A stretch of 43,144 nucleotides of DNA from Flavobacteriales bacterium (GTDB lineage: Bacteria > Bacteroidota > Bacteroidia > Flavobacteriales_H > JAHEZO01). The position numbers and the translations under genes were made by a program. The notes beneath the pieces are model-generated. The model was not told the origin of the DNA, ran no database searches, and worked only from the letters and a program-made list of their open reading frames with translations. Positions 28,210 to 37,400 of this stretch are shown here, in pieces; within the stretch, counting starts at the first letter, position 1; each line of letters starts with the position of its first letter. The stretch is taken from the NCBI GenBank assembly GCA_023250995.1, contig JAHEZO010000003.1, positions 1 to 43,144 of the forward strand. Direction: 5' to 3'.

Positions 28210-29079
28210 TTATCCTGAAAAGGAAACTTTTTTCCTGTATTCATTTGCCAACAAAAAACCCTTTGTTTTCTTCCATTTAACTTTGAATTTTACTCCATCA
28301 ACGGAATTGATTCCTGCCACTTCAGCAGCGGTGCCGGTAAAAAACGCCCCATCGGCAGTGATAAGTTCAGAGGGTTTAAAAAACCTTTCTGTAACTTCTA
28401 TGTTTAAATTCCCTGCAAGTTCAATAATTGTTGCTCTTGTAATTCCCGGAAGAATATTTCCGAGCGGAGGGGTAAAAAGAATGCCGTTTTTTTCAAAGAA
28501 AAAATTCGCACCCGGGCCCTCTGCAACAAATCCATTCATATCGAGCATCAGAGCTTCGTCAAAACCTTTTTGTTTTGCTTCGGTAGTAGCAAGAATTGAA
28601 TTGGTATAATGCCCGGAAACTTTTGCATCCACATGGCAGGATTTGGGATTGGGCCTTTGGAAAGAAGAAACCATAATATTCAATTGTTTATCTCCCAGAT
28701 ACTTTCCCCACTCCCAGGCAGAAATAAATAAATTGGCTTCATCAGTAGGAGTAAGTGACATATTAGCCCCCAGGTAAACAAGCGGGCGTATATATGCATC
28801 TCCCAGATTATTTTTTTTCAGGACCTGATACGTTATTTTGGTGAGTTCATCCGAAGAATAATTTAATTTAATGTGCATTTTTTTTGCAGAATACAAAAGC
28901 CGCTCAAAATGCTCCTTTGCTTTAAAAATTTTTACTCCGATGGAGGTATTATAAGAACGAATCCCCTCAAATACCCCGTTTCCATAATGAAGGGTTTGGC
29001 CGTAAAGGGAAGAATTGGCATTTTTAGCCCGGATGAATTTTCCGTTGAGGAATACTATTGTGTTTTCGTTGTAATACAT
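28210..29079 (-). CDS. ilvE: Branched-chain amino acid aminotransferase (class IV)
   Basis: It has GNGVFEGIRSY and AYIRPLVY blocks and sits first in the ilv cluster. The start is taken at the ATG at 29077-29079 (MYYNENTIVFLNGKF). The ORF-track start at 29097 is a TTG inside the U-tract of the upstream terminator. Confidence 0.9.
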   Translation of the reverse strand: MYYNENTIVFLNGKFIRAKNANSSLYGQTLHYGNGVFEGIRSYNTSIGVKIFKAKEHFERLLYSAKKMHIKLNYSSDELTKITYQVLKKNNLGDAYIRPLVYLGANMSLTPTDEANLFISAWEWGKYLGDKQLNIMVSSFQRPNPKSCHVDAKVSGHYTNSILATTEAKQKGFDEALMLDMNGFVAEGPGANFFFEKNGILFTPPLGNILPGITRATIIELAGNLNIEVTERFFKPSELITADGAFFTGTAAEVAGINSVDGVKFKVKWKKTKGFLLANEYRKKVSFSG

Positions 29080-29095
29080 ATATAAAGGTTTAGTC

Positions 29096-29129
29096 AAAAA
29101 AAAACCATCCTTTTTTTAAGAATGGTTTT
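29096..29129 (-). terminator. Rho-independent terminator (attenuator) between the leader ORF and ilvE
   Basis: The minus-strand RNA reads AAAAACCAUUC-UUAAAAAAA-GGAUGGUUUUU followed by more U. The stem is 9-11 bp with one G-U pair. It ends 16 nt before the ilvE ATG. Confidence 0.7.
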
Positions 29130-29149
29130 TGAAATATAAAAAAGTATTT

Positions 29150-29227
29150 TTTATACCTGCACCATCCATTTCCTGCGGCTAATTACTGCAAGGATAATTT
29201 GAATGATTATGGCACTGAATATTTTCA
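29150..29227 (-). CDS. ilv operon leader peptide (25 codons, Ile/Val/Leu-rich)
   Basis: The minus-strand ORF runs from the ATG at 29225-29227 to the TAA at 29150-29152 and encodes MKIFSAIIIQIILAVISRRKWMVQV. That is 7 Ile, 3 Val and 1 Leu in 25 codons, with III and II runs. The terminator follows about 20 nt downstream. Confidence 0.65.
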
Positions 29228-29467
29228 TGTTGCTTTTGATTTGAAGTGCGAATGTACAATTAGTTTTAGAATTGGCTTTGGGGGTGATTTAAAAATTGGT
29301 TTCTTGGGCTTGCCCTCCGCGTTTTTTTTGCATCCAGGTTTGAAAGTTTAGCCTCTTTGCCCCATCGTAAAAAAAAAGAAATGCCACTAAAACACTAAAC
29401 CACAAAATCCCACTAAATTAATTTTCCTAAATACATTTCATCTTTTTCCCACTTAATCATACAAAAG

Positions 29468-31312
29468 CTATTTTACCTTTCGTTCCATTCCATTATCATC
29501 ATTTCTCATTGGAGAGGAAACATTTACCGGTCCGGGTTCAAAACGGATATCGGCAAATGGCGAAAGACGTTTTCCCACCATGGCATCCGCCACATTGCAG
29601 GTAATACTCCATTGAAAGGAGGTGTTTGAAGTTCCCCCATCCAGTTCAACCACATCAAATCCATTTTTTGTTTTGTTGGTAACATACACCCCCTTGCAAT
29701 TCCCTTCCAACTGAACAAAAACCCTCAACGGATGTTTTTCGCTGATCATTACATTTTTTGCCAGTATGGGATCAATTTCAATGTGAGCTTTGCCATTGTT
29801 AAGTTTCCCTTCGCCATAATCCTGAAAATAAAATTCAGGAGTTTCGGGGGCATGAAGTGTTGCTGGATTTCCATTTAAATCGGGAACTGAAGTGGAAGTC
29901 GTTCCAACATTATTTTGCCAAATTTTATAATGAGTTCCCCCCACAGAGAATGCTTCAACCAGCGTAGTGCTGAAAGCGCCTCCCGCTCCATCACCTGCAA
30001 CAAAATATCCACCTGCTGTTTGTCCGCTTGTGGCCGCTTGATAACCCGATAAGCCATATTCATTTCCTATAAAGGCACCACCGCAACCGGAGGCAGGGGC
30101 AGAACCGTTGGCATTGCTGGATTTTCCAACTACACCATAGGAAGAAGTAGCGAAAATGGCTTTGCCATAAACCCCATAAGCACCGCTATTTGGAGCATAC
30201 CCATAAACACCCTGAAGGGTCCCGAAAAACGAACCTCCTGCTCCCCCGGCCACATTGGTATAGCTGCTCACATTATTTCCAATGCCAATTATTCCTGTTC
30301 CTGTAGTATTCAGGTTTGAACCATAAACTCCATATCCTGCCGATTGCTGGGTGGCTCCATAAAGTCCGATGCCCGCACCGGCACCGGAAGCTGCGGTATT
30401 TTGCCCTGTTAACCCCACACCGGCACTGTTACTATTGGAAATTACAGCCAAAGATGAAGCATTGCTCCCTAACCCATGAAGGGGATAGGACGGTGATGCG
30501 GTACCAAAGCCAATATTTCCGGTGGTTTGTTTCACTCTTAACCGCTCAATAGAATTAGTTCCGATTACAAAATCATTTGCTGCTGTTGCACCAATCCAGT
30601 TTTCGCTTCCCCCAATGGTTGAAGTGCCATAGGTTGCGGGAGTGGCAGGGTTTGTAAGTGTTGCATTCCCATTTAATCCCCAGGCACTTCCTCCTCCTCC
30701 TGACCCTGTTGGCCCTGTAACTCCGGTTGCTCCTGCAGTTCCTGTGGGGCCGGTTGTTCCAGCTCCCGTTGGGCCGGTGGCGCCTGTCCCGGTTGGGCCG
30801 GTGTTACCCGCCACACCTGTTGGGCCCGTGGGGCCGGTACTTCCTGTTGCCCCGGTTACTCCACCGCCTCCACCACCGGATGGGCCGGTAGGCCCCTGTG
30901 CCCCGGTTGGTCCTGTTGAACCATTGGAGCCTGTTGGACCTGCAATTCCGGTACCGGTGGGACCAGTGGCACCAATAGTTCCCGTGGGGCCCATTGGCCC
31001 GGTTGGGCCTTGAGAACCGCCTCCTCCTGAGCTAATGGATTTCCAAAAAGTTCCATCAAAATAGTAAAATACATTATCTAAAGTTTGAAAAATAAGCAGG
31101 CCTGTGGCCGGAGTTCCGGGGGCATTGTTTACAGTAACTGTATCTGTTCTTGGAATCAACACTCCTTTATCCGTTGATTTTAATTCAAGCAAAGCACTTT
31201 GATCGGGAGTAAGGGTTCCCACCCCAACATTCTTTGTTTGTGATTTTAAATCCTTGAAATTCAGAATTACCGAAAAGGCAATTAGGCCAAAAGCAAGAAT
31301 TGGTTTTTTCAT
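29468..31312 (-). CDS. Collagen-like / tail-fibre-like Gly-rich surface protein
   Basis: 614 aa. The signal peptide and N-domain [16 protein letters not shown]...[23 protein letters not shown] are paralogous to the protein at 15037-16197. Interrupted Gly-X-Y run spans roughly 30683-31018. An internal [24 protein letters not shown] motif is followed by a Gly/Tyr-rich region (GYGVYG, GAYGVYG, SYGVVG). There is no Por-type tail. Confidence 0.8.
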   Translation of the reverse strand: MKKPILAFGLIAFSVILNFKDLKSQTKNVGVGTLTPDQSALLELKSTDKGVLIPRTDTVTVNNAPGTPATGLLIFQTLDNVFYYFDGTFWKSISSGGGGSQGPTGPMGPTGTIGATGPTGTGIAGPTGSNGSTGPTGAQGPTGPSGGGGGGVTGATGSTGPTGPTGVAGNTGPTGTGATGPTGAGTTGPTGTAGATGVTGPTGSGGGGSAWGLNGNATLTNPATPATYGTSTIGGSENWIGATAANDFVIGTNSIERLRVKQTTGNIGFGTASPSYPLHGLGSNASSLAVISNSNSAGVGLTGQNTAASGAGAGIGLYGATQQSAGYGVYGSNLNTTGTGIIGIGNNVSSYTNVAGGAGGSFFGTLQGVYGYAPNSGAYGVYGKAIFATSSYGVVGKSSNANGSAPASGCGGAFIGNEYGLSGYQAATSGQTAGGYFVAGDGAGGAFSTTLVEAFSVGGTHYKIWQNNVGTTSTSVPDLNGNPATLHAPETPEFYFQDYGEGKLNNGKAHIEIDPILAKNVMISEKHPLRVFVQLEGNCKGVYVTNKTKNGFDVVELDGGTSNTSFQWSITCNVADAMVGKRLSPFADIRFEPGPVNVSSPMRNDDNGMERKVK

Positions 31313-31370
31313 AAATGGGGATGTGTTATGTTTAACTAAATTATTGACCGAAGACGGAAGCTGGGAGCTG

Positions 31371-31424
31371 GAAGACGGAAGACCGAAGCTTGAAGTCTTT
31401 TTCCGTCTTCGGTCTTCCGTCTTC
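31371..31424. repeat. Perfect 18-bp-stem hairpin of low-complexity sequence (GAAGACGGAAGACCGAAG / CTTCGGTCTTCCGTCTTC) with a partial third copy
   Basis: Positions 31371-31388 are exactly complementary to 31407-31424, with an 18-nt loop. A partial direct copy, GACCGAAGACGGAAGC, lies at 31347-31362. The element sits between the giant-gene stop (31499) and the collagen-like gene start (31312). Confidence 0.85.
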
Positions 31425-31498
31425 TGACTTCCAAAATCCTTTTGTTTCTTTTAATTCTATAAAGACAACTTTTGGAACAGGGATAAAATATTCCGGGT

Positions 31499-34400
31499 TT
31501 ATTCTTTCACAATTTTTTGCAAAAATTTTCTTTCCGAATTTTCTCCCTCGGCAGATATTATGATAAAATAAATTCCCTGATTTATTCCGGTCAAATCAAA
31601 TTGGTAATTCCCGTTTTTTTTAATTTTAAATTTATCCTTCCACACTTCCCTTCCGAGCAGGTCGGTTAATTTAATTTGGCAATTCAAATTTTCGTAACTT
31701 CTAATCTCAACATTCAGACTTTCGGTTACCGGATTGGGAAACACCTCTGCAAAAATATTTTCTTTTTCCGAATATGATAATGAAATTGTTTTTGAATAAA
31801 TGTACCTTCCATCAAAGTCAGTTTGTTTAAGGCGGTAATACAAAATAGTTGAGAGTTGAGGGTTGAGAATTGAAGGGAGCTCTCTATCAACAAAAGAATA
31901 ATCATTGGGGGAGGAAGAATTACCGGCTCCTTTTACCTTGCCGATGTTTGAAAAATAATGAGCATCCAGGCTTCTTTCAACAGCGAAATAATCGTTGTTG
32001 GTTTCGGAGGCGGTGGACCAGAAGAGGTGGGAATTACCCTCAATAAGGATACCTGAAAAATTCAAAAGTTCAATGGGCAAAGGGCTATACGCTTGACTAC
32101 ATGTGCTTGCCCAACTATACATTGAGTAACTTGCAGAATACTCATCGGCCCCAATATCGGGTGAAGAACGGGTATTGTCATCATAGTCTTTTGAAACACC
32201 CACATTCGTTCCTGAATTTATGGCCGGGCTTGAGCTTCCGATATGAAGGTCGGGGGAAGTGCCGGAGGGGCTTACGAGCAAGGGGTCAGATGATTGTCCG
32301 TTTATATCAAATCCGGTTCCGGAAGTGGGAGCAGGTGTTGCGCTCCAGGCTGCAAGTGTTGAATAATCCACATTTGTGGTGTTGTTACCCGCGCTTCCGT
32401 AATAAAAATTTGTTCCTGTGCCGTACACTAAATTATAATCGCACGTAACATTCACCGTGGAATTATAATTGAGTAAGTAAATGCCGTAATTTTTTCCTGT
32501 GCCGGCAGTGGTGGTTCTGTTATTAACCACAATATTATTTTTTATAGTGAACGCCTCGTATTGTGCGCTGCTCCAGTTAAAATAGCGCGCGATGCCGTAG
32601 GAATTCAGGTTATTGCCTCCCGTGTTATCGTTTGTGCCTTCTATGTAAACTGTATTGTCGTAGAAATAATATTTGAGCCAGCCGGTGTTATTGGAAGAGT
32701 TGTCATCCCAAATCCCGAATATGTAAACGTTTTTCACAGTGGTTCCATCGGGCTTCAGGCCGAGAGAAATCATATTATTTTGTACATAATAATTTGCTCC
32801 CGGTGAACTGCCGTTTCCCGAAGGCAAATCAATTCCAACCAGGCCTCCGTAATCACCGCTTCCGCCAAACCCATCGGGATAATAAAAATTATAAATCACA
32901 TTATTCTGAATGGTAGTAGTTCCATAAGGACCTGCCATCGCCACAATTCCTTCTATGTATGCTTTGTTGGTTCCACCTGTCATGTTAATTTCCAACTCAT
33001 AAACCTGATTATTGGAAATCATATGCGTGTGGGTTTCAGAATAAGAAGTGTTGAGTACAATACCTCCGATAATAATCATGTTGTAAATGGGCGAAGTGTT
33101 ATATGAACTTCCGCCTGCAGGAATCGGCAAATACAAATTGTTGCGGTAATTGTTTGCCGAGATTAATCCGTTAACAATATTATTTGTAATTGTGTTGTCA
33201 CCGATTTGCCCGGCAGTATAAGTCATGATGCCGATTATTCCATCGTACGTATATGTTCCGTTCGGGAACGCTCCATCAGAGGTCATATTGCAAACATTGT
33301 TTCCGCAAATAGTGGAGATTGCCTTACTTGAATTCAAGATCCCCAGCATCGTTCCGTACTGCCCTGCATGAATATTTCCATGGCTTGCAGTGGGGTCTCC
33401 AATACGGTTATTAAGAACGTTATAGGTTGCTAAAGTGGATGTGCCATCCACATTGATTCCGCAAAAAGTCTGAGAACCGGCATTGCTTCCCGTTGTATTG
33501 TCGAGATTAATATTTTGGATAATGTTAGCAGAAACGGAAACTGTCCCTCCCGAATTCACATAGATGCCTGTAAAATCCTGCGGGTTAATATCGTTATATC
33601 CTCTATGTCCTTTGTACGACATAGTGCCCGTTGCCTGCGCAGCATTTCCTCCAATGTAATTTCCGGAAATTGAGTTCCCGCTCGAGGTACTTCCTGCATT
33701 AAAACTTATTCCGGCTACAAAGGAAGATCCGGCAGGAATTGTAGTTGCATAAATGCTGTTTCCCGAAATTGTCCAATTGTTTCCACTGTTGTTGGATGTT
33801 ACGCAAATTGCCGCGTTGGTAAAAACTCCGGACGCAGGGTAACTTCCGGCCAATCCCTGGAAATTATAAATATTGTTATTCATAATTTTAATATCAGAAT
33901 TGGTTCCTGAAGCACTGGTTGCCAGAATTCCGTTATACTGATACGAAGAAAAATTTCCAATGTAGTTGTATTGAATTACATCGTTGTTGTTCCCACCGGT
34001 ACTGAGTAAAATAGTTCCTGTTGTATTGGCAGGACTGCCCAATACTTTTACATATTCCAAAGTATCGGAAGTTGCTGCACTGATGAATCTGAAATTCGGA
34101 TAGGAAGTTCCATTCGTTGTGTTGGTAATTGTCCATAAAATATTACTCATATTTCCGCTCCCTCCCGGTCTTCCGTCAAACGTGAGGCGGTCAACTCCGT
34201 TCAGGTCGATAAATGGCGCGCTGGCCGTTGCTCCGGAGGTAGTGAGCATTGATGAAATTCCTGAAGCGGGACGGATGGTTGCATTCCATGGTCCACCTGA
34301 ATTGGTGAATTGATTAAACGTAACGGGAAAAGTTTCTCCGGTGCTCCCATCATAATCCGACTGAAGTTCAAAGATTACATTACCGGAAACAGCATAGGTG

Positions 34401-37400
34401 TTCAGCGCTTTGGCAACGTCAGTAACCTTCAGCAGGTGTCCTGAATTTCCTACCGTGTAAACTCCGCTCAGCGTTACTACCCCTGCTGTTCCCAAAACAA
34501 AATAACCCAAACTCGTTCCTACATTACTTGAAAGCACCGGTGATGGAGAAGTTCCTCCTCGCGTTACATAAGTTCCTGCCAGGGTAGAGGATTGCCCAAC
34601 CCGGTTTGCAGTCCCGAGTGTTCCCTCGGTTAATCTTACAGTAGTAGTGTTCAGGAAACCTGATGAAGCTGATGCAGACCAATACCGATTCGTATTTAAT
34701 GCCGACAATCCGAATCCTGCAGTTCCTCCTGAGTTAGCATCGAACACTTCGGCAGTAACAGTGCCTGCAACACTTGTGGTAGGATTAACAAGTTCAAATA
34801 AATTATAACTCCCTTTTCCTATAGGAAAAGTGTAGGTGCTTCCGGATCCAAGTGATGCAGGAAATGACCTTGTGAGAGGTCCATTCACATAAGAAGAGGC
34901 TGAACCGCCCGAAATTCCTCCCGTTGCCGTATTGTTTATCGTCAAAAGATTTGAAGAAGTAGTGGTAAGCAGCCCGTTTGTCAGCGTAAGAACTCCGGTT
35001 GTGCTCAGAGAAAGAGCCGCCCCAAGCGTTGCACCATTGGCACGGTTCATCGTTAAGTTCTGTAAATTATTTGTAATGGCAGGAATGGTAAGATTGGTTG
35101 ATGTTCCGCTGATAGTGAGCGAAGATGTAGTGCCTCCGGTGAGTGTTCCCGAGGCAACAGAAATATCTCCGGTTAATGTGAGCGTAAATGCGCCAATAGA
35201 AAAAACTCCTGCACTAAGTATGAGTGTTCCGGCAACAGTAAGGTTGCCTCCGTTTGTAACTGTGAATCCACTGCGGTTAACGGTAAGGTTCAGAAGTCCG
35301 TTGGTGATGGCAGGAAGTGTAGTGCTGACACCTCCTGTAAATTGTATGCTCGAAGTGGGGCCTGATGTTCCACTAAAAGTTCCCGAATTGGTGATTGTTC
35401 CATTAAAAGTGATGGTGTTATTATTTCCGAGTGCAAAAGTTACATTGGCGCTTGCATTGGTAAAATTTCCTGCAACTGTAAAAGACGCTACTGCTGTTTT
35501 AGTTCTTCCGGATGTTGCTGCAGTCATGGATAGATTTCCATAGGTAAGCGCTTCAATATTTTGTGTGTTGTCTCCATTGTAATTCACGGTGCTGGTTGAA
35601 CTGAAGGTGTAAGTCTGAAATAAAGGAAACGGACTTGCAGCAGTATTCAAATTAGTATAAATGCCTGAATTATTTATTGTAAATGTTTTTCCTGAACCGC
35701 TTCCCGGACCCGTTAAGAAAAAGCTTGCTGTTTCCGCCAGAGTGCCGTTATTAATTATGAGGTCTCCGCTCACTGTAGTTGCACCGCCTAATGTTGCGGT
35801 GTTAGAACTTTTATCGATCGTAAGATTATAATACGTGGTGCCCTTCACTGTTTGGGCTGCTGTTCCGGTATAGGTAACCAGATTTGGATTTGCTGTTGCC
35901 GTTAACGTTGGGCCGATACTCGCATTTGCCAAAGTGAAGGATGCGTTAGAGGCATTGGTGATAGAACTTGCTCCTGCAATGGCAGCGGTTCCCGTTGAAT
36001 TTAAAATTCCATTATTGGTTAGAGCGGCATTTATCGTGAAAAGTCCGGAAAGATTTACGGTTGAAGCAGAATTGATGTCTGTAATTCCTCCCATGGTTAC
36101 TGCTCCGAAAGAGCATGAGCCCGCTCCGCTTATTGATTTGGATGTTCCGTTAAAAGAATACGTTCCGGTTCCGGTTGAAACATTGAATGTTCCTGAATTA
36201 GAAAGATTGCCGGAAAAGCTAATGTTGGCAGCCACTGCCGTTGAATTGAAAGTTCCTGTTCCGCTCACAGTTACATCTCCCGTAAAAGTTTTTGTGCCGG
36301 CGGCTCCGTTAATTGTAAGAGTGCCGCCATCGGTTGTGGTTCCTGCCACAGTTAATCCGGTTGTAAAATTCCCGATATTCAATAATCCTCCTGTCACCAC
36401 AATATTTCCATTTACAGTAAGAAGCGAACCTGCTGTTCCGCTGAAAGAAACTCCGGAAGCATGGCTGTTGTTAAATTCAATATTTCCGAAATTGGTTCCT
36501 GTTCCAGAAATAGTTTGTGCGCTGGTGCCTGCAAGCAGAATTTCTCCGGAGCCGGGCGAACCCGAAGTTCCGTTGATGGTTCCGTTATTGGAAATATTTC
36601 CGTTTGCTGTAACAATATTTCCTCCATCATAAAATGCGCTCGTTGCATTTACAACTGTAAGAGTACCTGCAATCGTAAATGCACCTGCCGCTGTTTTTGC
36701 GTTTGCGAGCGCACCTGTACTTGTACTTAGATTTCCATAGCCGGGAGAAGGAACGGCATATACATCTTGTGCCGCAGCTCCATTGAAATTAACGGTGCTG
36801 GTTGTGCTGAAGCTGAAATTTAAGAATATTGGAAACGAACATCGATTGGTGGAATTATTAGCCGTACTCGCATTCGTCATGGTAAAAATTCCGGTTCCGT
36901 TAATTGAAAATGTTCCGGCACTGCCCGGGCCTGTGATCAGGTTTGTTCCGTCAGCAAGAGTAGCGCCTGTATTTATGGTAAGGTTATTTGCAATCGTTAT
37001 GGGAGAGGTTGCCCCCAGTGTAAGTGTTCCGCTGTTTACGGTTATATTATAGAATGGAAAGCCGTTATAAACGAATGAAGATGCTCCGTCAAAAATAACT
37101 GTGCTTCCATTTGTATTTCCAGCAGAATAATTTGCTGTTCCGGGATTAAAAGCAGTTTTAATAGTAATATTTCCTGCAGAAGATAATATAGGGTTAGTTG
37201 CAGCTGAAGTAGTAAGTGTATAATACGTTAATGGCATAACTGTTTGACTTATTCCCTGGTAAGTCACTGTGCTTCCTGAATTAGGAGTAACCGTTCCTGA
37301 ATTTGTTACAGTGCCAATTAACGTTAAACCGGTAACGGTTCCGGAAAAAGTTACAGTGCCGCTATTATCAAATGCTCCATTTACAATTAAGGGAGAAGTA

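Noticed and set aside
34932-36632. Long plus-strand ORFs (203 aa and 232 aa, and many of 60-170 aa elsewhere from 32.1 to 42.9 kb) antisense to the giant gene
   Set aside because: Their translations are monotonous Val/Pro/Ala/Leu strings that are simply the reverse complement of the Thr/Gly/Asn/Ser-rich sense codons. They have no motifs and no independent starts or signals, and the sense frame is one unbroken reading frame of more than 11.6 kb with recognisable domains.
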